Positions 22,700-34,600 of a stretch of DNA of 64,000 nt are shown here, piece by piece. The notes beneath the pieces were generated by a model. It saw only the letters and a program-made list of their open reading frames with translations. It was not told where the DNA came from and did not search any database. How positions within the stretch are numbered: the first letter of the stretch is position 1; each line of letters opens with the position of its first letter. A program made the translations under genes and the position numbers. The stretch is from Amoebophrya sp. A120. Its lineage: Eukaryota; Protista; Dinoflagellata. Where the stretch lies: assembly GCA_905178155.1 (NCBI GenBank), contig CAJINV010000002.1, positions 6,428,476 to 6,492,475 on the forward strand, given 5' to 3'.

Positions 22700-25000
22700 T
22701 GCTGTTTTGTTGCACGATGCGTTATGACCAGGGGCCAAACTTGAGTCCAGGCCGTTTGCGTCTTTTTTGTATCACGTTGCTCAGATCGTGATCGAGATCT
22801 TGATCTACGTCGATAACGGTATGAGTCTCAAGGAGAGTGCTGCTGAAAGATAAAAACTTTCTGACGTTTTTGCTGAGGCAGACTGGTTGACGGGTTTGCT
22901 GGATCACGTCCCGAATGAGCCAAGGCGTTCACTATCGGGCGCGTATTCGTAATATATTGCCTGACCTTGTCGACTGTGCTGGTCAGTGTCGGGGGCGTCC
23001 GTGAAAGCACTCCCCCACTGCGCCCTGTGTTCTGCAAACATATCCGCTTTTTTTGGGACGACTCGTGTGTTGGGCTGCCGGCCTTCTATTTTTGTCGTTT
23101 CTTGTACGATGCGGCAAGCGCCGGAGACGGGGCTGGGAATCTATCAGCCGGCCGCCGCTCCTAGGGTGGCTAGGCATTGCCTTGGGACCGCTCGCGTGTT
23201 TTCACGCCGCGCCGAGCTGATGCGCTGCCGAGCTGATGCGATCGGCCTGGCGCTCTGTGCCTTCTGGCGTTCCGCGGGGCCGGGTGTGTTTTCGGTCCGT
23301 CGGCGGGTGGCGCCCTCGTTGGGGCCGATTCCGGCCGAAAGGCCGCCGGCCCACGAAACAGAAGAGCGCGCAGACGCGGGCCCGGCTACACGGCTCGCAG
23401 TCTTAAAGCTGAGGGCCTCCCGATGTGTTGTGGCGATTAGGAGGGGCGCCGACGAAGATCAGCCTGACAGGGAGCACGCTTCCCGTTGGCGTTTCTCCGC
23501 ACGTCACCAGGCGGGGGCCGGGCCGCGCACGGGCGGAAAAACCGAGGCAGCCGCGCGGCCTCTTCGCTTGATGCCAACACCAATAGCCTGGCACGCCTGG
23601 GCGGGTAGCGCCGGGGGGGCCGGGAAGGGGCCGGGCCGGGCGGGGGGATCCCAAAAGAGCCGGACGACGACGACGGCCCCTGGCCAAACCAACACGGAAG
23701 CAACGGGCCGGACTACCGGGGAATGGGCACGCAAGTAGTGCCCAAGCGATGGGGCGCGCGCCTTCGAAGCACTCGCGGGCAGCCGGGGCGCGAATGGCGC
23801 TGCCCCTTTCCCGCCCGGGCCGCGAAGTTCCGCCCCGCCCCTGCGCCCCCGGCTCTTTCTTCAGCCTCGGCGGCGCTAGGCCAGCCGGCCGCAGGGCCGC
23901 CGGGTCTGGCGGCGCGCGGCCAACTCGCAGCAGAGGCGGCTGTGCTAGGGCAGGGCAGGCGCCCAGCCTTCCGGCGGCGGGTGGGGCTCCAGGCAGCCGC
24001 GTCGAAGTTCTGCGCGAAGTTAATGAAAGCAGCCGGGCAACAGGCGCTCGAGAATTATCGCAGAGGCGAAAAATTTACCGGACCCGCACAGACGCCGGCG
24101 CGAAGATACCAACTGGACGGCCGGCCAGGCGCGGCGCGGCCGGGGGCTGGATGCACCAAGGGCAGCCCCCCCCCCCACGAGGGGCATCAGGAGGGAGCGC
24201 CCCTGGCGCCCGGAGAGCCGGGGGCGCCCGCAAAAGCAAGGGCCCCGGCCTGGCCCATCAGCAAGCGGGCCGGCGGCGCAGCCCGGGGCGCGCGTCTCCG
24301 TGTGGAGAGGTGCGCGCCGGGCCTTTGCGCCGCACGGCGAAAGGGGGCCCCGTTCGCTTGGTGTTTGCTGCATGTTCTCAGCGCCCGCGCCCCTGCGCCA
24401 GTATTGGGGGCGCGGGGCATCGTGCCCCGTCGCGCCCGCCCTTATTCATTGGGGCCCCCCGTGCGCGCTTTCTTTTGTGTTCTGTGGCGCCGCCGGAGTG
24501 CAAGGGCAGCCCGGCATCGCCCGGCCGTCCTAGTATGGCGCCGCGCCCCTGCGGGGTCCGCGGCCGAATGCCAGTCCTGCCTCAGTCGGGGCAGTATGTG
24601 GCTGCGCCCGGGTACATCGCATATGCGGCCCGGCATTTTTGCAGACGCATGTGCTCGCAGGCGCCCCAGGTTGCGGTTTGCCTCGATTTGAATACACACT
24701 CGCTGTTCTTATTCGGCGTAGGCATTGACAGCGTGACTGCGCCCTGACTCTGCCGTGGAGCATGTTAATGACCACGGGAACCTGGTGCGCAGCCATATCT
24801 GATGTTGTCCATAGCAAAGAACATCAGTTGCTTTTTGTCAGACGATCTGACACCTTTTCTCATCAATGATGTTCGCTAGTGCGTTGATGTTGTCGAGGGA
24901 AACCGAGTCCGAAACAAGATGACGCTGCAAAACTGCTGTCGCATTCGCTTTCGAAACCAAATTGCCCAATACGTTTCATCGTTGTCGCTCGATTTGTTTC
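22700..25000. repeat. Intergenic probable TE relic with extremely GC-rich core (~23100-24700)
   Basis: Open in many frames only because of GC richness; broken ORF-like minus-strand flanks; family not recognisable; boundaries approximate. Confidence 0.4.
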
Positions 25001-25610
25001 ATCAGAATGTCTTCCCGGCAAAAGAAAAGAGGCACTGCTGGTGCTCTAGCTGATCACTACAAAGAAGTGTAAACCTTTTTGATGTTGCATTTTTCTCCAT
25101 TCCTGGAACACAATCTGGATGAGATGAAAATAGTCGAGGGTTGTAATATACTTACTAATCTTCACCACAACGTGAACATTTCGTGGAGAAATTGTTGTCG
25201 AAAGTTCTAAAACTGCATAGGACAACAAGCGCAGGCAGTAGAGAAGTGGAAGCAAGAACCTACATGATAAAAAGCGTGGTCCATCATGTAAGGGCCCGAA
25301 GCGGCTGGTTAGGGATATCGATAGGGCAGTATTTTCTTCAAAGCGGAATGCTAGACAATTTTTGCTGCATTTTTAGAAGGGCTACTAGATCTCCTACAGT
25401 ATAATGTCGCCGCCGTCTTCATCCGCTACGGCGAACTACTGGCCGCGCGGCGCCGCTGCTCACCTGTAGTGCGCACCAGAGTCCCCCTCCACCTCCTCTG
25501 TCTGTACTTACAACCAGAGCGATTCCTCTGACAGCAGTTGGCCACAAGCGGGCGCGGGAATTGGAGGCACGGGGAGCTTCCTTAATTATAGCAGCACCGC
25601 TTTCACCGCA

Positions 25611-27522
25611 ATGGCCGCTTCGTCCACCACCACCGGTGGGGTCCACTGGCGCGGAAACCCCCTGACACCGCCCAACCCGAACGGCAGGTCCGGCTCGGGT
25701 CCCCGCCCCGTAAAGGGTGTGGATGCCAACGGGGTAGGTCTCGTGAACCGGGGCAGGCCCGCGGACATCGATAAGACGATGGGAAAAGTAAACCAGCAAC
25801 TCTTGAAGATCATCGGGGTTTCTCCGCACTATGTTACACTCATGGGAAACTGTCTGGCAAAAAAGACCACGTTCACAGTGAAGGTACTTTTTTTCTTGAA
25901 TGTTTTTGTAGTTTTCAGCTTGTTTGAAGACTGGCCACCATTGCTTAGGTTTTTTCTGCCGTGATGATAGACATAGATGTCATTTGCTTGTTCAAGTTTG
26001 GGATCGTTAAAGCAGTTGAGCACTGCGATTGCAGCTTCTGCTAAACTAAGGCAGCACGGGGACGAGCCTCAATTGTACAGTTAGCGAAAAATTAAATTGA
26101 AGTTCAAGGTTCGCAAAATCTATGTGTGAAGGTAGTTTCCTAAAGGTTGACTGATGTTGCCCCTTATTTCGAAAACTAAGTACTTCAATACAACCCGCCT
26201 GCTCCTTTCGAAAACTTGTCTGAGACGGCATCAGCCGCGAAAGCTAGCCTTTCTTTTCTAAATTCTTTTGGTCTAAGAGTAAATTCTCAGAAGTCCTCTT
26301 TGTCCATCTAAATTAAGGTCGCATCGAATTTCAGAATCATCACTGCAGGGACGCAATGCCTAATGTATTGATTAGAAAGATTATAGCAAGGTTTTCATCG
26401 TAATCATCTTCTCGCCGGGCCAGTTGTGAATACCATGATTGTTGCAGCAAACGCGAGCGGTCAACAATTCGTGGCCACAGCACCAGAGATATAGTTAATA
26501 AGAAACATGTTGACTTTATTGTGTAACTACAGCTTTGACAAGATAACGATTAAATTTTACGTCTGCAAGCAGCGGAGGGGCCAAAAAGGAGGGGGAAAAA
26601 AATAGAATGATAAATAGTGTTGAACCATCACAACTACGAGCTGCTCGCCGATCATTGCGAGACCCTGTACTAGTTGCGCGACCGCCTGTCGTGGAGTTCG
26701 AGCCGGGGCGATTTTTGCCGGTGAAAATATCTAACCGAGCAAACGCTTTTTTCTATTTTCCAGAAGAAGAAGATGATAAACATAAAAGGCAACTCGAAAC
26801 AACTACAGGGGAAGAAGTTTGCGACCAGCGTTGTGCGGCAGTTTTACGAAAACTACGACGAGAACCTGCACACGTTGGGCGGCAAGCCGAACCCGTACTT
26901 GGTTCACCCTACGGAGCGGCCCCTGGCGGAAAAAAACCGAGAACTCGCACGAAAGGCCGGCACCTGGAAAATGCCGTCTGACCAGCAGGTCCCGGCCTGC
27001 TGGCACACAAGCACGGCGGGAACTTCTGTAAGTGGCAATAAATTGGTGCCAGGCAGCGGCACCATGCAGGCCGGGGGATCGAGTTCCTCCACGAGTAAGC
27101 CAAACTTTCACGGCGACGGTCCGGTGTTTAACATGGATCCCGACGACCCACGCTCCCCCCTGTACCAGGATACGGGCAGCAGTACACTCGGAGGCTCAAC
27201 AACATCTATGCTCGGCGGTAATGTCAAGATGCCGCCGGGTGCCGGGGTGGACCAAAACAGCCGGAGCCGCCCAATTTCCGCCCGGGGCGGCGGGGGCCGG
27301 GAGAGCACCGGACAGATCGGCGAGGGGCGGGGGATGAACAGCCGGAAGGGTGGCGACCAGGGCGACAGCAGCGGCAGTGCGGACAATGTGAACAACAATT
27401 CCTACACGAACGGCATGATGGGCGTGCGAAGCAATTTGAATGCGGCGAAGATGACAAACAACAATCCGGCCTTCTCCATGAGCGGAAACAAAAAGAAGCT
27501 CCTCAAGCGACAGAAGTATTGA
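25611..27522 (+). CDS. Hypothetical protein (~343 aa, G/S/N-rich C-terminus)
   Basis: Exons 25611-25883 and 26764-27522 joined by a phase-0 GT-AG intron; coding-like composition; no TIR element. Confidence 0.7.
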
Positions 27523-27646
27523 TGTTTAGTTCGTTTGATAGCTATTTCGACACGCATGAAGCTCTCGCTTTTCGTTCTTCACCTCACTGTGGCCCATAGC
27601 AGTGCGCTTTGTTGAACCTTTGTTCAGTTTTACTATGGACGCATCC

Positions 27647-30509
27647 ATGCCGAATCGCAAAACTTATCGCAGATCTGGCCCCCTCGGCGGGGATGCGTCG
27701 GGTGACAGCAGCGAGCCGGAACTTGTCGAACCAGATAAGAAACGGGCTAAAACCGACACAGGAGTGCCGAGGCTGCCTTCGCGAGGTACTAATGCGTTTT
27801 TGCATAGCGGCAGCAAACATGCTGGATTTTTTTCTGCAAAAGGAGTTCATTTTGACGTGCTGTGCGACTTGTTGTGCGACATCATACGTTGTGATCTACG
27901 TCATCTTGTCACAATCGATTGCCACATCAACAGGTAACAGTCGCAACCAGTCCCCGCTCGCGGGCAACAAGAAGGCGGCGCGCGGCAATGCGTTTCCACA
28001 CGCGCGCGCCGGTACGGTGGGGAATAGTAAGGACAACAGGGGGCAGAATTCCGCGATGAAAAATAAGAAAAAAGGGGAAATTCCCGGGGCGAATCTTACA
28101 CAAGTGTCGGATCTGAAACAGTTTTTCAAAGAGCACAACATTCCCATCAACCACTTGCTTGAAAAGTCGGACTACTTTGCCATGAAAATGCAGTTTGACG
28201 AGCTCTACAAGGAGTTTGGCAGCACGGGCATCGCCGCAAAGAAACTCCGCGAGTCGCTCATAGAAGTGCAAGCGAGAGGCGGGGCCGGGGCGAATAACGC
28301 TGGCGGCACAGCACAAAAACAGATGAATCCGAACATACTATCAAAAGGAAAAATCCCCCCTCCCCATATCGAAAACGAGATTTGTGATGCTGTATTTGAG
28401 TACACAAATCGACTTGTAATGCTAGAAGGCCAAGAGACGCATCGCAGCTGCGGCCGCGTTTGCAGGCAATTTGTCATGCTGTTTCCCACTTCCAGCTGCC
28501 CCCTGTCATGCTGAAGATGCAAGGCTTTGCCACGCCATCCAGCACTACAGTCCGCATCTTTTCTATTCTAGCATGACAAAGCTGATTTGTGACCACAAAT
28601 CTGCATCAGGGTATGGGGTGGGGGGATTTTTCACTTTGATACATACCCGCTGGCGTTCCATCTGCTTCCTCCGCCGCTTTCCGCAGCAACTTGTTCGAGC
28701 CCGAGAATGCGCGGCAGGAGCGCCTCGCCGCCATCCGAAGCGCCAGCTCCATTGGCGGCACGAAGGGGCCGGTCTTCATGAGCACATCGAAACCTGTTTT
28801 CCAACCTAACATTCGGGCGGGTTCCGGGGGTCCGGGCAGCAGTAGCTCCTCGAGCTCCTCCTCGAATCTCGTCAGCACCGGCCCGGTCTCTGCAAAAGAG
28901 CTGGACATCGTGCAAACGGCGAAAAAGATTGTGCAGACGCGAGAATACGGAAAGTGGGCCTACGACGTGCTGCAGCTTTCTTGGAGAACCGCGGAAATGA
29001 AGGACATACAGAAGCAATACAAAATATTCATGATGGTACAGAATTTATTTCTTCGCGTGATGCTGATCGAAGTGCAGGTCTTGATAAGTTTAAGTACTAG
29101 TACGTCGACCCCCAGCACAGTTCTTTGCTAGGAAAAAGAGCTCAGGACTCCACGATGATGTCATAAATGTGTATGAAAAACAAAAACAGAAACTTCATCC
29201 GGATAAGCACGTGGGTCTGAGTGGCAACAACGCAGAGCTGCTGTCCCAGGCGCTTGAAAAAATCAAGCGAGCGAAGTCCGTTGCCGAGGACGAGCTTAGC
29301 AGGATGAAGCACGACCCACCTGAGATGATACGAGGTACTTTGTTTTCGTACCATTAGCGTTGGCGATAAAGCGCGACTCTGCCGCTGGAGTTCTGCGCTT
29401 TATTAATTGTCATTTTAGGGGCGAACGGCTACGGCATTGGAAGAATGATACCAGTAGCACCTCGTGAGGATGTTCATGCGTCTGAAAAGTAAGAATGCAC
29501 ATCCACCATGAAAAAACTAAAACACTGAACAGGTATCAAAGCCACTTGCCTGAACGACACGCGTGGACAGCGGATTTTCAAGATCTCTTGGGACCAACCG
29601 CGAAACCGCGACGAGAACGCGCCGATCGAGAAGTTCCACGTGCAAGTCCACGACCCGAAGTACGGAAAGTTCTTAACTTTGTCCGTGATCGAAGGAGATT
29701 ACGACGAAGCGGCGAAACGGGTTTTGAAAATTGAGGAGCTGAACTACTTCAAAATGGAGGAGAAAAACATGGGAAAACTGTCCCACATCTTCAACGAGCA
29801 GGAGATTTCGGTCCAAGTCTGCGCCCAGAACAAGATCGGGATGGGGACCTACGGGAAGTGCACTTTCCGTTCAAACCTAAAAGCGTCGAACAACAGACCC
29901 GCCGTGGAGAAGTTCGCAACGCTTCCCCCGCCCCAGCAGATCGACTACAACGCGCGACTGCGGGGGCAGAACCGAGGCCAAAAAGAGCAAAGCAGTGCGA
30001 CGAAGAAAAAGACCGGTGGTAGTTCCCCCAGTAAGAGCAACCTGTTCGGGTACATGTCTGCGGGGGCGGCCAATGTGTATAAACCCCAGCCGGCTAGTGT
30101 GAATAGCGGCACAACTTCTTTTAAAACCATCTCCGGTTCAGGGTCTGGCACCTCTTCGCACGTCGGACTTCTGAACCAGCTCCGCGGCCAGGTGCAGTAT
30201 CCGCCGGGGCCTGGGGGTGCGAACACTAGTAGGCCCGGTGAACAGCCGCAGCAGTTGTCGCAGCACGCTGTGAAGGCGAAGATGCGCGTCGAGCAATTCG
30301 GGAACGAGTGCGACGAGATCTTTAAACGCACACGGCAACTTCCCGAGGACAAACGGCAGGAGGATCGGCTGAAGTGGATACGGACACAGCCGGTGCCGGT
30401 GTTGCAGAATTTTCTGAAAGCCAACGCCTGGCCGCACAAAAACCCCGCGGACGACATCGGGCGAAGGGTGCTGACGTTTATGGAGCTGAAGATGAGAAAT
30501 GCCCAATAG
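27647..30509 (+). CDS. J-domain (DnaJ/Hsp40-like) protein with fibronectin-III-like domain (~684 aa)
   Basis: Exons 27647-27785,27934-28338,28647-29035,29190-29334,29533-30509 (alternative ATG at 27635). AYDVLQL..KDIQKQYK..KLHPDK J-domain with HPD; FKISWDQP..VQVCAQNKIGMG is FN3-like. Confidence 0.85.
28339..28641. mobile_element. Introner family F (TIR TATCAAAAGGAAAAATCCCCCC.CCCCATA)
   Basis: TSD CATAC/CATAC; PNI-PAG. Confidence 0.92.
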
Positions 30510-31604
30510 TACAAGGCAGGGTCGTTTCCACTCCACTTCGCGAATCTCCTATGAAGCCACTACTTAGTTGTACTACCTTGTGGGAAAAATTGTATTCCGG
30601 TCAACCACGACAACGACTAAATTGCGACTTTTTGCAGTTTTATAATGTAAGAACTGAATTATTTGAGCCACTACATTACACACGGATGTAGATCCTGCCG
30701 AGCTTATATTTCTTCGACAGATACAGATTGATAGGGGGTCGGACGAGTATTTTTCGAGATCCTGTATTTTCCAAATGAACAACCGCTGGGGACGTGACGG
30801 AGAGTAGAGATGTAGTTCTTTTGTCTTGTAATAATCGCAGAGCTGCTGGGACTGGAAAAATTATCCAGAACTTTTGTAAACACAGCTTGTACTTCTAGAA
30901 CTAGATGAAGGGTTCTCCTTCGGGAGTCATCCGCTGAAATTGGGATGATACAGAGATGAGAACAGCTAGGTCTTTGTCTAGCGACGTGCGACCATAAGCG
31001 ACTGGTAGGAGCGGAACTCCAGCTTGTTTTTAACTATTGACGACTTACGACGACTTAAACTTTGACTTCAAAAGCGACGACGCGACTCCTTTGTTGAGAA
31101 AAGATTGACGGAAATTTTTTTGGATCAGTATACAGTTACTGATGTTGGCGACCTAGCACCGTCGGCGACCGTAGTACTATCGCAAAGATACGACAAAATG
31201 CTGTAGCGACGCCGCGATGAAAGGGCGACTCATTTACGCAAGGAGAGAGCTTGCTGCTCGTGGTGAAGCTGCATCGTTTGTTCCTGTTTCAAGTGGATGC
31301 TGTTGTTTCAGCATTGAGAAGCCTTCGTTTGCCGTTTTTCCCTGGAGTTGTTTTTTCGTACATTGTACATTTCTGTTGCTTAGAAATTTTTTTTTCCAGG
31401 GTTCGGAGCATCAGACGCAAAAAAGGTTGCCCGACCGGTGGATAATAAAAGTGAAAGCTTTGTAGTTCTGCTTCCATGTTTGTCATTTTTTGAGTACACA
31501 TCAATGCAGTCGCCCTGCTCCGTGAAGACGATTCGAGCCTTAAAGTTTCGCTTTAACAAGTTTCTTTTCGAAGATACCTAGCAAATCAAGATCAAATAAA
31601 GAAG

Positions 31605-34600
31605 ATGCTGTACCTGTGGTTGATTCGTTGCTTTCCGGAGTCGTACGGTTATTTTGTCGTGTTAATTGCAACCATTGGGGCCATGCTGTCCACTCCCGGG
31701 CAGGCTGGGTGTGTGGGGACCACAATCTCCTACGTCGTCCGTGACTTGGATGTGTCTCGCACAAGCGTGTCGATGTTGTACACGTGTGCCACAATGACCG
31801 CAGCCGTCACGCTACCATGTCTGGGTTACTGTTGGGATTAGAATTCCATGTGGGATAGTATAGGTTTTTGCGGCCGGTGGCGACATGTCCATGTGCATGG
31901 AACACAGTTTTGTTGATTGGCAGACATCAAGCAGGAGAACAAAGACGGAATCTGAGGATTTCTGTCGTGTCCCCTCGATGAACATGAAAGGGCCAACTAA
32001 AGGTGGCAACGACCACCTGTTCTAGCTCTCTCCTGCAGGATAAGTCTCAAGTACACAGGACATCATGATGCAAACAGGAATAAACGCGTGGGCGCTTCAC
32101 CCGCCATCTGCGCGAATAAAATCTGTCCCACCCGGAATGTTTTTCTATCGCCATACCTGGCATCGACTCCTTCGGCCCGAGAATAACTTTCCTTACCTTC
32201 GTCGCCTGTCTCGGCGTGGCCTGCGAACTGTATTCCACGTTCACAATTACCTCCATCGACACGTATTTCTGGCTCTATTTCCTGCGCTTGTTCGGGCAGG
32301 GCGGGGTCTATCTGGTTTCCATGAACGCCATAAACCAGTGGTTCATCCGGAAACGGGCCAGGATCATGTGTTTCGTGCAGTTCTTTCTCGCCTTGGCAAT
32401 CACGGGCGGCGCCGCGTCCGTCGTGTACTACTGGACAACGTCGGTTTACGCAGACGACTGGCGGTTAACCTACAGTTTACTCGCGAAGTTTGAGTTTTTC
32501 CTACTACTCCCGCTAGTGTGGTTGTTTATTCCGAACAAACCGGAATTGTACGGGGTGTCGGTCGACAACGGAGGTTGGAAAGAAGGAGAAGAGGACGTCG
32601 AGGACTTCCCAACGGCCGCAAACAACGCCGGAAGGAGCTCCACTGTGCGAATAAAGAGCCGCGTGCTGGAGGGGAGAATTTTTACGAGCAAGAAGATAAA
32701 TAAATCTTCTACAAATACCGCAGCGGCTGCGCAGCAGCTGCAAGGTGTAGTTTTTGGCACAACCAAAAAGAGCAAGATCGTCCGATTTGTCAGCAAGAGC
32801 CTGCGGGAATTGCGGCGGCGAGAGGAGAGAAGACGGGAGCAGCTGTGTGCGGTAAATAGTACATCGGAGTCCGATATTTTTGACAACGCAAGAAAACAAC
32901 ATCCAAACTCTGCTTCTTCGAAAAGCGACTCTCTCAAAGCCGAGTATCAGAAGCAGATCGCGTTTCTGCGGGAGTTGCAGGAGAGAGAGGATAGTTGCTC
33001 GCGGAGGAAGCGAATACGGAACAAGGACCGATTATGGAAGTAGAATCGAAATCAACAAAATCGAAATAATTTCTGATGCATGAAATCGATACCACTTGGA
33101 GCCTCAGTTTCCAAGTGGCGCATGACAAATTTTGGGAGCACCAAAATCCAGTCTGTCATTCTGTTTGGGCAAAGAAGACTGCTCCTGGCGTGCTGCTCCG
33201 GCAGCACATCGCCTTCCCCTAATCAGGCTTGCAATCGGTCTCATTTGCCTACTCCTCAACACAGGCCTTACATACTTGCCCTACATTTTACGCATTACAA
33301 ATTTTTCGATTTTGTCGATTTCGATCCTGAGACATCCATACCGATTTGGACAGACCTTCGTGCTGGAATCCACAACGTCGCCAGAGAAGGCTCTTGCCAC
33401 TACTTCGCCGGAGAAACAGCTGTTAGAAATAAATAGCAGTAGTATATCAAAGACGACGCATGATGGCAGTGCAGCAAGAACTGCGGTAGGTGAAACTACA
33501 CAACGAGTTTTTACACAACGACCAGCATCAGCTCGCAGTATCACAACCGAAAAGCTACCATGTCAAGAAGTCGCTGTGAACAACACGGACGAGGACCACC
33601 GCACGGAGCTGCAAGAAGGGGAGTCAAAAATCACCGGCCGCGTGCACCCCGACGAAGCAGCACTTCTGGTGGCCGTAGATCAAGTAGAACAAGAAGTCAC
33701 AGCACGAAACAGCAATCCACCACGGCAGTTCGAGGCTGAGCACAACACAGCAGCTCCCGAAAGTAAAACCATAGCTGAAGTAGGGCCGCTTGAAAAGGAA
33801 GACGACACGCCAGAAATAGACACCGGCGCAGCACCAGCACAAGAACCTCATCTCGAGGATCTTCGCGCGGAGAACAATGCGGCGGTGCCCCCCTGTTTCT
33901 CGCCGACCTTTCTCTTCGAGGGGGAGAGATCGAAGGAGTGCGGCGGCAGCGAGCTAGTTCAGGCAGAGCAATTGTCGCCGCTGGAAGATGAGTCAGAAAT
34001 CGACCAGAGGAGGCGGGAAGTAGATGTAAATGCACCACAAGGCCGCGGCGATGTTCTCCTTGGGAACAAAGCCTCACCAGGAGATGAGCCTCTTCCCGGA
34101 GAAGGGAATGGCAGTAGAAATACGGCAAAAGGAGCGGCAGCATCTTCCTCGTTTTTCATGCAATTGTTTCACCGAAACAAAAACGCTGGAGGTAGTGTAG
34201 CAAGAACTTCTTCTTCATCATCCTCATCTGCTACGGCCGCAAGGGCTGCTGTTGTCGGACTGACAGCGAACAATACAGGCGTTTCACCAGTGATCTGCGG
34301 GGCGAGTAGTTTTTGTGTTGTGAATGAAGATCGTGCTGCTCCGAATGTGGCGTCTGCGCTGCAGGAGGAGAGTAGAGGCGGGATTGTTCTTGATCATCTC
34401 GTTGTAGACGTTGTGCCAGATAATGATAAAGAAGACACTCATGCAGTAAAAAACGAGCCGCACCACAACTGCGAGGAGATCACCATAAACGACCCAGGTT
34501 TAAGAACAGCTTCATTCCTTGGCAAATCGTCAACCGTCGAAATAAACAGTAAACCGCAGCTCCTCCTCCTCCCAGGTGGAGCACAACTACAACAGACGAA

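Noticed and set aside
22986-24747. Long R/A/P/G-rich ORFs (250-332 aa)
   Set aside because: Open in several frames on both strands because stop codons are rare at this GC content; no recognisable domain.
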